From contig CAXXJJ010000004.1 in NCBI GenBank assembly GCA_963667015.2, forward strand, positions 96,001 through 160,000: a DNA stretch of 64,000 bases. The letters are read 5' to 3'. The notes below the pieces were generated by a model. The model was not told where the DNA came from. It made no database searches and saw only the letters and a list, made by a program, of their open reading frames with translations. The stretch is from Desulfatiglandales bacterium (GTDB taxonomy: Bacteria > Desulfobacterota > DSM-4660 > Desulfatiglandales > HGW-15). A program made the position numbers and the translations under genes. Shown here piece by piece: positions 1 to 10,776 of this stretch; position 1 is the first letter of the stretch, and every line of letters begins with the position of its first letter.

Positions 1-14
1 ATAGTGAGTCTGTT

Positions 15-1448
15 ATGCTTGGAACATTAATAGAAAAAGAGTTAAAGACAATCCTGTTAAGTCCTAAATTTGTCGCGGTCTTTGCTGTCTGTTCAATCCT
101 TATTATTCTTAGCATCTACATTGGAATAGATGAATACAACACCGCCGTGAACCACTATGAGGCAGTTAATGCCCAGCTTGCCCAGCAGATGCGAGAAGAA
201 ACAAACTGGGGATGGCTGCGGACAAACATAGTCCGCCGTCCCAATCCTATGGAGATATTTGTTACAGGAATTAATAATGATATCGGCAGGCAGTGCCCCA
301 TAAATACCAATGATGTTATAAAACTGTACGGGAGCAGATACTCTGATCAGCTTCTGTTTTCAATCTTCAGATCTATGGATTTTATGTTCATCGTTCAGAT
401 TGTTCTGTCGCTTTTTGCCATACTGTTTACCTATGATTCAATATGCGGCGAAAGAGAATCCGGTACGCTGAAGCTTAACTTTGCCAATCCAATCCCCAGA
501 ACCGGCTTTATACTTGCAAAACTGATCGGATCATGGCTCGGGCTGATTATTCCACTTTTAATCCCGATGCTGCTGGGTGCTGCACTTGTGCTTGTATTTA
601 AAATACCCATGACATCACAACACTGGCTACAACTGCTGTTTTTAACCGGTATATCTGTCCTGTATTTTACTTTTTTCATATGCCTTGGAGTGTTTTTTTC
701 ATCGGTCACCAGGGGACCATCCACTTCTTTTTTATGTCTGCTCGTGGTGTGGATATGCTTTGTGCTGATAATACCTCGTGCCGGTGTCATGTCTGCAGGG
801 CAGTTTATTAAAGTTGATCCTGCTGCGGAGATTGAATCAAAATTAACCCAGAAAAGAAGGCAGACATCCGAAGAGTTTAGCAGGTGGATGGACAATATGT
901 CGAAAGAGCAAAATGCAGCTTTGTCTTCGATACCAAGAGAAGAATATCAGGAGAAATCAAAAGCCATATTTGAGGAGTATGATAAAAAATACGACGAAGA
1001 ACGGATCCGGACCACCCTTGAAGTAGACAGGTATTATATGTCTTTGCTTGAAGACTGGCGTAACAGAAAAGGAGAACTGGAAAGGCTCGGCTATGCAATG
1101 TCCAGGTTCTCACCGGCCTCAGCCTTTCAGCTTGCCGCCATGAATCTTGCCGGAACAGGTCTAAGCCTTAAATCACAATATGAAGATCAGCTTCATGACT
1201 ATAAAGGTGTATTCAACAGGTTCCGTGCTGAAAAAGAGATAGAAAGTGAGGCGAAAAATGCCGGCAATTCGGGAAATGGAAAAAAGGAAACCATTGATAT
1301 AACGGAGCTTCCAAGGTTCAGCTTTGTTGAAGAAAGTATATCAAAAAAGCTGACCGGTACCGTAATAGATATAGCAATACTTTCATTTTATATACTGTTC
1401 GCGATCGCAGGGGCATTCATTTCATTTAACAGATATGATGTGAGGTGA
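15..1448 (+). CDS. ABC-2-type transporter permease, paralogue 1
   Basis: N-terminal KEL...TM, motif YDSICGERESGTLKLNFANPIPR, several TM helices, large soluble loop, ends RYDVR. Confidence 0.85.
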   Translation: MLGTLIEKELKTILLSPKFVAVFAVCSILIILSIYIGIDEYNTAVNHYEAVNAQLAQQMREETNWGWLRTNIVRRPNPMEIFVTGINNDIGRQCPINTNDVIKLYGSRYSDQLLFSIFRSMDFMFIVQIVLSLFAILFTYDSICGERESGTLKLNFANPIPRTGFILAKLIGSWLGLIIPLLIPMLLGAALVLVFKIPMTSQHWLQLLFLTGISVLYFTFFICLGVFFSSVTRGPSTSFLCLLVVWICFVLIIPRAGVMSAGQFIKVDPAAEIESKLTQKRRQTSEEFSRWMDNMSKEQNAALSSIPREEYQEKSKAIFEEYDKKYDEERIRTTLEVDRYYMSLLEDWRNRKGELERLGYAMSRFSPASAFQLAAMNLAGTGLSLKSQYEDQLHDYKGVFNRFRAEKEIESEAKNAGNSGNGKKETIDITELPRFSFVEESISKKLTGTVIDIAILSFYILFAIAGAFISFNRYDVR

Positions 1449-1473
1449 ATAAAAGGAGGAAGCAACGCAGCGT

Positions 1474-2928
1474 ATGTTCAAACTTATACTTTTTAAAGAA
1501 TTAAGGGAGATAATAGGTACTACAAAATTTGCCGTTACCTTTGGGATTTGTTCTATTCTTATTATTCTCGCCTTTTTCACGGGCATAAAGAATTATCAGA
1601 CCGGTATACAGGAATTTAATGATTCAAAAGCAGCAGAACTGCAGCAGTTTGAAAAATATACAAAATGGGATAGTGTCAACAATCACCGTGTTTTCCTTCC
1701 TCCCAGGCCCCTGGCTTTTCTTGTCATGGGAGTATCCAATGACATCGGGAGATCGGCAAGTGTTGACGGCCTCAACAGGCCGTCTCCTGGAGACAGCCTT
1801 TACAGTGAACAGCCCGTTTTTGCCGTATTCCGTTTTTTGGACCTCCAATTTATCTTTCAGATAATACTTTCTCTGTTTGCAATCCTGTTTGCATTTGATG
1901 CTGTAAATGGCGAGAAAGAAAGGGGGACATTAAGCCTGTCATTTGCCAACGCTGTTCCCCGTGCCAGCTATATACTTGGTAAACTTTCAGGGTCGTTCCT
2001 TGCACTGACCCTACCGCTCCTTATTCCGGTGCTGATAGGAATATTGCTGCTGCCTCTGATGGGGCTTACACTAACAAATGATGAATGGATCAGGCTGGGA
2101 TTGTTTATTTTATGCGGCATACTTTACCTTGGTGTTTTTCTGTCGCTCTCAGTATTCATATCCTGCCTTACTCAGCGCTCTTCCAGCTCATTTCTTTTTC
2201 TGCTTGTTATATGGGTATGTTCGGCCCTTATCATTCCGAGGGCTTCGGTATTAATCGCCGGAAATATCGTTGAAGTACCTTCCACTTCGGTAATCTATTT
2301 CCAAAGGATGCAGCTTGAGAGACAGAACTCTGCGGATATGGAAAAGAAACTCAGAGAATTTTTCAAAGAAATAAATCAGGCGCAGATGAATAATACGGAC
2401 AACAGCCCTGAGGCCACAGATAGGTTACAGACCAGGATTAATGATTTTCTGCAAAAAATTACTGATGAAAATAATGAAAAGCTCGAAAACCTTACCAGTC
2501 GCCTTAACGAAGAACGTCGTAATATACAGATAAAGCAGGAAAAACTCGCATTCGGAATATCACGTATTTCCCCTGCTGCTGTTTTTACACTTGCTGCAAC
2601 GACATTATCAGGGACATCTCTTGAATTACGAAATTACTTTCTTGAAAAGGCAGAAGAATATTCAGTATCCTTTGCGGGTTTTTTACACGAAAAAACCGGG
2701 CATAATGTTGGAGGTTCAAGGATAGTAATAAGGGTAATATCTGAAGAAGAAAATAAGAAACCGCCACAGCCGATAAACCCAGGAGAAATCCCGGAGTTTG
2801 TATATAAATCACCTGAATTAGCCGGTATTTTAAAGGACGCGTTTCCAGATATTACATTATTAATGTTATTCAACCTGATATTTTTTAGCGGTGCTTTTCT
2901 GGCGTTTTTACGTTATGACCTGCGCTAA
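1474..2928 (+). CDS. ABC-2-type transporter permease, paralogue 2
   Basis: FDAVNGEKERGTLSLSFANAVPR; RBS AAGGAGG; ends RYDLR. Confidence 0.85.
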   Translation: MFKLILFKELREIIGTTKFAVTFGICSILIILAFFTGIKNYQTGIQEFNDSKAAELQQFEKYTKWDSVNNHRVFLPPRPLAFLVMGVSNDIGRSASVDGLNRPSPGDSLYSEQPVFAVFRFLDLQFIFQIILSLFAILFAFDAVNGEKERGTLSLSFANAVPRASYILGKLSGSFLALTLPLLIPVLIGILLLPLMGLTLTNDEWIRLGLFILCGILYLGVFLSLSVFISCLTQRSSSSFLFLLVIWVCSALIIPRASVLIAGNIVEVPSTSVIYFQRMQLERQNSADMEKKLREFFKEINQAQMNNTDNSPEATDRLQTRINDFLQKITDENNEKLENLTSRLNEERRNIQIKQEKLAFGISRISPAAVFTLAATTLSGTSLELRNYFLEKAEEYSVSFAGFLHEKTGHNVGGSRIVIRVISEEENKKPPQPINPGEIPEFVYKSPELAGILKDAFPDITLLMLFNLIFFSGAFLAFLRYDLR

Positions 2929-2942
2929 ACAGTGAGTTGATT

Positions 2943-4394
2943 ATGATAAAAATACTGATAGAAAAAGAGTTAAAGGCAATTTTATTAAGTCCGAAATTCA
3001 TTGCGGTTTTTGCTGTGTGTTCAATACTGATTATTCTGAGTATTTATGTAGGAATACAGGAGTACAGGGCCTCTCAAACCTATTATGATACAGTAAATTC
3101 CCAGGCTGATCAGAGAATGAAGGACGAAACAAACTGGATGGCATTGAGCACAGGTGTAAACAGAATACCAGATCCTATGCAGATTTTCGTATCAGGTATT
3201 GATAATGATATCGGCAGATCGGCACCAATATCACAGGCTGGCGCAATAAAACTGTACAACAGTAATTATTCTGAAAACACTGTTTTTGCGGTTTTCAGAT
3301 ACATGGACCTGATGTTTATCGTACAGATAGTCCTGTCACTATTTGCTATCCTGTTCACCTATGATGCTGTTAATGGAGAAAGAGAAGCAGGGACACTGAA
3401 ACTAAGCTTTGCCAACCCGATACCCCGTGCCAGCTATATAATTGCCAAACTTATCGGTTCCTGGCTCGGGCTGGTTATTCCGCTGCTTATACCTCTGCTG
3501 ATTGGTATTGCAATGGTATTGCTTTTTAAAGTACCAATGACCACGGCACACTGGATGCAGCTTGGTATGTTGAGCGTATTATCAGTCCTTTACTTCACTT
3601 TTTTCATCTGTATAGGTATATTACTATCTTCACTGACCAGAGGATCATCAACCTCATTTTTATACCTGCTTGTTATCTGGGTGAGCCTTGTTTTAATTAT
3701 TCCAAGGGCTGGGGTCATGGTAGCGGGGCAGTTCATCCCGGTGCCTACTGCTGCGGAAATATCATCAAAACTTTCACAAAAATCCCGGGAATTTACTGAT
3801 CAGTTTATTGAATGGCAGAAAACCCGTTTAAAAGAAATTTCTGCATCTCTCCAGAGTCAGGACCTTAAAGATATATCACCGGAAGAGCGCCAGATCAGGA
3901 CAAAGGAAGCCTATGATGGGTTTACTATAGAAAATAGAGAAGAGCAGGAAAAACTCTCTCAGAAAATAGCAGAATATGATGCCACACTAAATGAGGACTG
4001 GCGAAACAGAAAGGCCGAAAGAGAAAAACTTGGTTTTTCATTATCAAGATTTTCCCCTGCATCCTCTTACCAACTGGCTGCAATGGATGTGGCAGGGACA
4101 GGAATCAGTCTTAAGACAAACTACGAAGACCAAGCCCGTGCTTACAGCGGTATCTTTAATAAATTTCGTGCTAAAAAAGCCGCAGAAAAGGGCAATAATT
4201 TAATTAACCTTGTAGGAGGGGTAAACAAACGCGAACCTATTGATGTCAGTGAGGTCCCAAAATTCCAGTTTATTAATCCTGATTTTAGTCAAATATTACA
4301 ATCCATAATAATCGATGTCGGAATACTGGCATTTTATATTCTGATCACCATTACGGGATCATTTATCGCATTTACCAGATATGATGTAAGATAA
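2943..4394 (+). CDS. ABC-2-type transporter permease, paralogue 3
   Basis: YDAVNGEREAGTLKLSFANPIPR; most similar to paralogue 1; ATG at 2943 preferred over TTG at 2937. Confidence 0.85.
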   Translation: MIKILIEKELKAILLSPKFIAVFAVCSILIILSIYVGIQEYRASQTYYDTVNSQADQRMKDETNWMALSTGVNRIPDPMQIFVSGIDNDIGRSAPISQAGAIKLYNSNYSENTVFAVFRYMDLMFIVQIVLSLFAILFTYDAVNGEREAGTLKLSFANPIPRASYIIAKLIGSWLGLVIPLLIPLLIGIAMVLLFKVPMTTAHWMQLGMLSVLSVLYFTFFICIGILLSSLTRGSSTSFLYLLVIWVSLVLIIPRAGVMVAGQFIPVPTAAEISSKLSQKSREFTDQFIEWQKTRLKEISASLQSQDLKDISPEERQIRTKEAYDGFTIENREEQEKLSQKIAEYDATLNEDWRNRKAEREKLGFSLSRFSPASSYQLAAMDVAGTGISLKTNYEDQARAYSGIFNKFRAKKAAEKGNNLINLVGGVNKREPIDVSEVPKFQFINPDFSQILQSIIIDVGILAFYILITITGSFIAFTRYDVR

Positions 4395-4483
4395 ATTAAT
4401 CCTGAAATAGATGTTTCCGGATTAAAGCTGCCAGATATCAGCTTTCAGCGACCTGTTCCGCCATAAGAATATTTGGAGATATT

Positions 4484-5365
4484 ATGCATAAGAAAATCAT
4501 TCTAATTTTATCAGGTCTCTCAGTTATTTTACTATTATTTACTTCTGTCTATTTCTATTGGGGCCCAGAGACATTTGCGTCAGATCAGAGGAAGGTGGAT
4601 GAGGGAAATATGTCCCAGTCACTGATCGATATTGAAAGACGTTTATCTGCTCTTGAGGATCAGTTGGATCGTGAAATCAATAGACTTAATAATCTGGAAG
4701 GTCTGATAGATGATATAGATAATAAGCCGGCTAATACAGCCAGCATCAAACCAGAGGTAAAGGAATCAGTAGTTAAGGTAACTGATTTGGGTACTGCATT
4801 CAAACAGTTGCAGGAAAGTTCAGATAATAAGAGATACGAAAGAATTGAGCAGATATCTCGTTTTAAAAAAGCCGGCTTTTCAGATGATGATGCACTCTGG
4901 CTGGTGGATAAGATAGACAATATCCGCATAGATGGGATGTATGAAGTATGGGAAAGACGCCGTCAGAACTACCTGGAGCAAAAAACAGAAAGTAAAACTG
5001 TGTTGAAAACTGCACGCGAGCAAATAAAAGAGAGGTTTGAACCGGAAGATTTTGAAAAATACCTGACAGCAATGGGAAACCATTTAAGCATTGAAGTATT
5101 CGGTGTTATTGATGATTCACCTGTGGCACAGGCAGGATTGCTGCCGGGTGACGAGATAATAAGTTATAATGGAGCGCGTGTTTATTACTATATGGAACTC
5201 GATGATGCTACGGTTCATGGAGAATTGGGAGAACCGGTCACACTGGGCATTATTCGTAATGGCGAGGAAATACAACTCAATATGGAACGCGGACCTCTGG
5301 GTTTTACAACCAGGCCGGACTTAATTGTTTTTACTCCTGCCGATCAAGTAGAAGGACGGAAATAG
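4484..5365 (+). CDS. Membrane-anchored PDZ-domain protein
   Basis: N-terminal TM, coiled coil, C-terminal PDZ (SPVAQAGLLPGDEIISYNG...IRNG). Confidence 0.8.
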   Translation: MHKKIILILSGLSVILLLFTSVYFYWGPETFASDQRKVDEGNMSQSLIDIERRLSALEDQLDREINRLNNLEGLIDDIDNKPANTASIKPEVKESVVKVTDLGTAFKQLQESSDNKRYERIEQISRFKKAGFSDDDALWLVDKIDNIRIDGMYEVWERRRQNYLEQKTESKTVLKTAREQIKERFEPEDFEKYLTAMGNHLSIEVFGVIDDSPVAQAGLLPGDEIISYNGARVYYYMELDDATVHGELGEPVTLGIIRNGEEIQLNMERGPLGFTTRPDLIVFTPADQVEGRK

Positions 5366-5433
5366 TTTATCAATCTCAGAATATATATAAACTCTGGAAA
5401 TAATTCTCAATTTAAAATAATCCGGGAGACGTT

Positions 5434-6300
5434 ATGCAGAAAACAGTCATAATTATTTTAGGTGGTATCATACTTGGTTTAGTGTCGTTTATCTTTATTC
5501 GTTTCGATGGATTGCATAAATCAGATGCCTCCTTTATGAAGAGTCCGGATGCGGCTGTATCTAAAGCACTGGCAGATATTAAAAAGCGATTATCTGTTTT
5601 TGAAGAAAAAATGGCAGATGTGATCGATCGAAACACAGAACTGGAAATCCTAATAAATGACCTGGATAAGGATAATTTAAATAAGGCAAAGATCAAATCG
5701 GCGGCAGGGATATCTGGCGTTGAAAAAACACAGGGCCTTACAAAAGTAGTACTGGGAGGGGAGAGCGAAAAAGAGACAATGCCGGACATAGAAGAAAAAA
5801 TATCTCGTTTTACAGAAGCCGGACTCTCTGAAGATGATGCCAGATGGATTGTAGAAAAGCAGGACGAATGGGAACTGGATTCTCTATATTCACAATGGGA
5901 ACAGCGTCGTAAGCGCTTTCTTGAACAAAGTTCAACGAGAAAATCTTCAGTAGATGAAATAAAGGAACGACTGGGTCAGGAAGGTTATGAAAGGTATCTG
6001 AAATCAATCGGGTCAGATACCAGCGTTGTTATAGGTAGTGTTACAAAAGGCGCACCCGCTGATCTGGCAGGATTAAAACCGGATGATGAAATTATCAGCT
6101 ATAATGGCGAACGTGTTTATAACTATATGGAACTCGATGATGCTACAGTTCATGGTGAGTTAGGTGAATCTGTGACAGTTGAATTTATCCGTGATGGTAA
6201 AAATATGCAGATCAGTATGGAACGCGGACCACTCGGTTTCTTTTCCAAGATGAAGGCAGGGGTTTATTATACTTCGACACTTCCGGCTCTTTCTCATTAA
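5434..6300 (+). CDS. Membrane-anchored PDZ-domain protein, paralogue
   Basis: APADLAGLKPDDEIISYNG; shares YMELDDATVHGELGE with the upstream gene. Confidence 0.8.
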   Translation: MQKTVIIILGGIILGLVSFIFIRFDGLHKSDASFMKSPDAAVSKALADIKKRLSVFEEKMADVIDRNTELEILINDLDKDNLNKAKIKSAAGISGVEKTQGLTKVVLGGESEKETMPDIEEKISRFTEAGLSEDDARWIVEKQDEWELDSLYSQWEQRRKRFLEQSSTRKSSVDEIKERLGQEGYERYLKSIGSDTSVVIGSVTKGAPADLAGLKPDDEIISYNGERVYNYMELDDATVHGELGESVTVEFIRDGKNMQISMERGPLGFFSKMKAGVYYTSTLPALSH

Positions 6301-6429
6301 TTGACGAGTCAAATGAATTGAAGATATGGCAGCCTTTTTTTCTTTAAAAAAATTATAAGAAGTGATTGCAAAAATGATTCAAAGATATAAATTGATCTAA
6401 AATCATTTTATAATATAAGGAGAAATGCC

Positions 6430-6642
6430 ATGTCAAAAATGAGAATAGAAGCTCAGCCGTCACTGGAAGCATATGTTGGAGAAAATGGAAACATCTGTCT
6501 CAAGCAGGGTGGTACAGGTGGAGAGGATAAGGTGATAAGTATGCCGCTCGAACATATTAAAAAGGTTATAGAGTGGCTGCAGATTTTATATAAAGAGCAG
6601 GAGCATAAAACTACTCCTGATGATTTTGATGCCGTGGATTAA
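6430..6642 (+). CDS. Small hypothetical protein
   Basis: RBS AAGGAGA; 70 aa with plausible composition. Confidence 0.6.
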   Translation: MSKMRIEAQPSLEAYVGENGNICLKQGGTGGEDKVISMPLEHIKKVIEWLQILYKEQEHKTTPDDFDAVD

Positions 6643-7021
6643 TTCCGGACAGAGAAAGCCCTAAACAACGGGGATAGAACGGATCCTTTTTAATTTGACA
6701 ATCTTCCACTCTTCGGTTTGCCCGGAGGGTGGAGGATTCGACCAAGACTCAAAACCCGGTTTTCAGACTCCAATCTATAAAATCGCTGTTTATTTACTCA
6801 TACATGCGATCTTACCTTTTTCACTCCTTTTGAGGATGTTTTCATAAAAATCGGGGCTCAAATCATATTTAAAAGAATTATTCGGATATCTCATTTTGAA
6901 TTGCTCGGACCGATAAAAATGGTAAAATCTTCATATTGGTAAAAAAAATGATTGTGTCATGGATCAAATTAGTCTATTAAAGGCGACTTTTTATTTTTCA
7001 CATAAAACAGGAGATAATAAT

Positions 7022-7579
7022 ATGAAAGATATTTCAAATATAACACTATTTAGCGGTGGTCATAAAGGGGCTGAAGCAGAGTTCGGTAAACTGGCTGAAG
7101 CCTGGGGCTTTAAAGAAGTTAACTTTGTCTTTGAGGGACACAGTGCAGAGCGCACAGAAAATCTAACGGTTTTAAACAATGATGAGTTGAAAAAGGGAGA
7201 TGTCAGCATGGAGATAATTTCCATGAGGATGAAACGCTCTTACTCACGTGCAGAAAGGATTCGAAAAGTCATTCAGTCCATTTTTCACGTGATTAATAAT
7301 GGTTATCATGTCATCGCAGTTGGATGGATACAGAAGGATGGAACAGTAAAAGGCGGAACCGGCTGGGGAGTTGAACTGGCCAAGCTATTTAATCGTCCGC
7401 TGCATGTTTATGATCAGGAGCAAAAGGCCTGGTATGCATGGGAAGGCAATGAATGGGTTAAGAATATACCTGTTATAACATCAGACACCTTTGCCGGAAC
7501 CGGAACCAGAAATCTTTCAGAAGAAGGCAGGAAAGCCCTGTATGATCTTTTTGTCAGATCATTCGGGCCGAGTAAGTAA
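7022..7579 (+). CDS. Conserved hypothetical protein, possibly SLOG/Rossmann-like nucleotide-binding fold
   Basis: SGGHKGAE, KGGTGWGVELAK and FAGTGTR motifs; RBS AGGAG before ATG 7022. Confidence 0.6.
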   Translation: MKDISNITLFSGGHKGAEAEFGKLAEAWGFKEVNFVFEGHSAERTENLTVLNNDELKKGDVSMEIISMRMKRSYSRAERIRKVIQSIFHVINNGYHVIAVGWIQKDGTVKGGTGWGVELAKLFNRPLHVYDQEQKAWYAWEGNEWVKNIPVITSDTFAGTGTRNLSEEGRKALYDLFVRSFGPSK

Positions 7580-7585
7580 TTACTA

Positions 7586-7622
7586 AACCGGAACCTCCTG
7601 CATTAATGAAGGTGGTTCCGGT
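7586..7622. terminator. Hairpin between convergent genes
   Basis: AACCGGAACC...GGTTCCGGTT with a T-rich tract nearby. Confidence 0.65.
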
Positions 7623-7688
7623 TATCGTTTTTTTCTGTTTTATACTGTTGATCTTGAATTCTGAATGTTAAATAAATAATTTTTAGTA

Positions 7689-8435
7689 CTATTCAGCTTC
7701 GCTCTTGTCGGCAGTGGGCTGGTTATTAAGCACCTCCAGCAGCTCAACATCAAATATCAACACTTCATTGGGGCCTATCTGTCCACCTCCTGCACCGCGT
7801 TCGCCATAGGCGAGCTCGGCAGGTATAAACAATTTGTATTTACCACCTTCCTTCATAAGCTGGAGCCCCTCGGTCCACCCATTTATCACCTGATTAACCT
7901 GGAAGGTGGCCGGTTCGCCACGTTTATATGAACTGTCAAACACGGTTCCGTCAAGTGTGGTGCCCTCATAATGAACCTTGATCTTGTCTGAATTTCCCGG
8001 GGATTTGCCTTCACCTTCTTTTTCTACCTTGTACTGCAGTCCGCTTTCCGTTGTAATAACCCCTTCTTTTGTTTTATTTTCTTCCAGGTAGGCCTGGCCT
8101 TCTTTCAGACTTTTTTGTGAGGCCATGGCAACTTTTTCCTGTTCTTTAGCCATTATTTTTTCACTGAATGACTGGAGCAGGGACCGGGCTTCTTCATTGG
8201 ATACAAGAAGCTCTTTTTCCTGGAATTTATCTGTAATTCCTTTCTGGAGCATTGGTAAATCGATTTCATCGCTGATATCGTTAAGTGACTGAGCCATGTT
8301 TATGCCAATTGCATAGCTTATTTTTTCCTTGTCTGTTTCAGGTTTGGCTGTGTCTGATTGCTGTTTTGTATTCTGACAGGCCATGGAAGAGATCACAACA
8401 GCGATACAAAGGATTGTTTTAATAAGAGATTTCAC
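7689..8435 (-). CDS. FKBP-type peptidyl-prolyl isomerase (FkpA/Mip-like lipoprotein)
   Basis: Lipobox SMAC; SYAIG; TESGLQY; VHYEG...FDSS; VINGWTEGL. Confidence 0.93.
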   Translation of the reverse strand: MKSLIKTILCIAVVISSMACQNTKQQSDTAKPETDKEKISYAIGINMAQSLNDISDEIDLPMLQKGITDKFQEKELLVSNEEARSLLQSFSEKIMAKEQEKVAMASQKSLKEGQAYLEENKTKEGVITTESGLQYKVEKEGEGKSPGNSDKIKVHYEGTTLDGTVFDSSYKRGEPATFQVNQVINGWTEGLQLMKEGGKYKLFIPAELAYGERGAGGGQIGPNEVLIFDVELLEVLNNQPTADKSEAE

Positions 8436-8975
8436 GTTAACTCCTTTTAATTTACAGGTTAAGGCCGGTAATTAATTAAATTGATCTGGACCCATATAAC
8501 AGACGGCCGGCACAAGTCTTCCCCAGATTAGTGCCGACCGTATCAGATTCTCCTGTCTGATTCAAATTGAATTTATCAACCGGTGTTTTTTAAAAACATA
8601 ATTATAAAACGTTCAAAATATGAAGGCTTCTGCCATACTAAAACTAAGGCTGTTTTTTTATCAAAATGTCAAAATTGGTATATGCTCAGGATAAATAATA
8701 TGCCTCTAACCGGATAAATTGCTTATTATTATAATCTCTTGAATTTTTCTAAAAAAAATCCTAAAAAAGAACAATATTGTTATTGTATGATTGATCACCG
8801 CATTCCTGTCTGATTCATGCGGATATTATTTAATAAAGAAACCAGATTTGTACACTGTGTCTGCGATTGTTTGAAGATACCCATTATCAGGCGCAGACTC
8901 AGAACGTTGAGAACCTTAACCGTTTAGAGTATAAATGAGTGCCATTAGTTTCTAACCCGATATAGAGGAGAGAGA

Positions 8976-9587
8976 ATGACATCATTACAAAACAATATAA
9001 GACCAAACCTGGCAGGTGATTATCCACAGATCGATCCCACGGCACTGATCGATCCTTCAGCACAGATCATTGGCAATGTAAAAATCGGTAAAGATGTTTT
9101 TGTGGGTCCATTAAGCGTAATCCGTGCCGATCAGCGGGGACCAGACGGAAAGGTTGCACTGATCCAGATTGATGATGAGGTGAATATACAGGACGGCGTC
9201 ATCATCCACTCTGATCCAGGTGCCTCTGTAATAATAGGGGCGAAGACGTCTGTTGCTCATGGAGCGATAGTTCATGGCCCCTGTACTATTGGACAGGAGT
9301 GTTTTATTGCAGTAAGGGCCACTCTATACAAGGTAACTATGGAAGATCATGTTTGGGTAGGTATCGGTGCGATCGCCAAGCTGGTTACATTGCAGTCCTT
9401 TATCAGGATTCCAGCGGGCACTGTTATCCGTGATCGCCCGGAAGTTCTTGCCCTCCGGCTTGTTTCCGACAAGGAACGAAAATATATGGAAGAGGTATGG
9501 GCTGCCAACACACGTTTAAGAGCAGACTACATGGAACTCCGAAATAAACTGGAATCCATAAAATCCTCTGCAAAGAAAAAGGGATAA
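8976..9587 (+). CDS. Gamma-class carbonic anhydrase family protein
   Basis: Hexapeptide repeats; IRAD, NIQDG, Zn-ligand histidines (IIH, AHGAIVHG). Confidence 0.88.
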   Translation: MTSLQNNIRPNLAGDYPQIDPTALIDPSAQIIGNVKIGKDVFVGPLSVIRADQRGPDGKVALIQIDDEVNIQDGVIIHSDPGASVIIGAKTSVAHGAIVHGPCTIGQECFIAVRATLYKVTMEDHVWVGIGAIAKLVTLQSFIRIPAGTVIRDRPEVLALRLVSDKERKYMEEVWAANTRLRADYMELRNKLESIKSSAKKKG

Positions 9588-9619
9588 TCCCAAAATTTCA
9601 TAATTTAAATATTTTTATC

Positions 9620-9674
9620 ACCTGTGAAGCCGGATAATTTGAATCCATCAAAATATTATCCGGCAGGCACAGGC
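9620..9674 (+). terminator. Long imperfect hairpin after the carbonic anhydrase gene
   Basis: CCTGTG..GCCGGATAAT...ATTATCCGGC...CACAGG. Confidence 0.5.
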
Positions 9675-9731
9675 GAATTGATCAACATTTTTTGGCATTC
9701 CAGCAAATAACTTCACCCCCAAACAATAATA

Positions 9732-10114
9732 ATGAAATCGTATTTTAAAGTGAGAATTATAAATTTATTGATAAATATTTCCATGCGTAAATTCTTCAAG
9801 GGGAGTTTCATAATGCTGGTTATCCCGGCTTTCGTAGTTGCATTACCTCATCTTCCAAATTGAAGCCTGTTGAACCAAGACTCAACGCAAGGCCTTGTAC
9901 ACCAGGTCAGACAGCAACTAAAGGATTAACCAAACTTATACTTAACAGTGGACGAGGAGGATTTCTCTATGTCCCTGAAATTGGTTATGATGTGGTTTAT
10001 AATGAATTAAAAGGCGGTCATGAGGTTCCTGCTGCAGTTTCAGAGGCCGCACTGGACTGGTTCTTATGTGCAAATACCTTCATGGTAAATCATTTATCTT
10101 TGTTTTTATTTTGA
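9732..10114 (+). pseudogene. Phospholipase/carboxylesterase remnant with internal deletion
   Basis: RLNARP...GGFLYVPE joined directly to GYDVVYNELKGGHEVP...ALDWFL; no GxSxG core; signal-like region in another frame. Confidence 0.55.
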
Positions 10115-10776
10115 GCAGATGTTAATAGGTAAAATATTTTCCTATTCCTGTTATTCTCTGCAATCTGTAAAGCGGTTAGGTTTGAACCGTTAGTACCTGT
10201 CGGGTCAGCTCCAAATTCAATTAGTAATTTAACCAGGTCGGAATTATTTTTTTCTACAGCACAAATAAGCGGTGTACACCCATGTGCGTCTTTATTTTCA
10301 ATACCTGCACCCGATAAGATCAACAGCTCTGCAATCTCTTCCTTACTTTTTCTATTGATAAATGTAGAAGAGTCTGTCCCTTGCTGTTTGTTATATCCAG
10401 GTTGGCTCCTGCAAGTATAATCATACTCAATATTGTACGGTTGCTGTGTGAAAAGACAATATGATCAACTGCAAGGAAGACAGGGGCTTCATCCGAGTTT
10501 GCGAACATATTGACGTCTGCTTTGTTTTTCAGTAACAGCATAACGGTCGTATCTTTTCCTGCTTTAACAGCATCCTGTAATGGTGTTCTATCAAAACGAT
10601 GTTGATTGATATCGTTTGGATGACTTTTAAGATACATAATCAGTTCCCGATATTGCCCGGTACTTGCCATAAAATGAATATCACCTGCATTAGTTGGTAT
10701 GGCTAATAAATACTGCTGATAAGAAGAAAATACAAAAATGTTTTAAGTGTTGGTTGCCAATATCGTCTTTTATCAT
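10090..10776 (-). pseudogene. Frameshifted ankyrin-repeat gene
   Basis: RBS AAGGAGG and ATG 10776; ankyrin motifs (TPLQDAVKAG, GQTLLH, GCTPLICAV) split across frames near 10700 and 10320. Confidence 0.7.
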
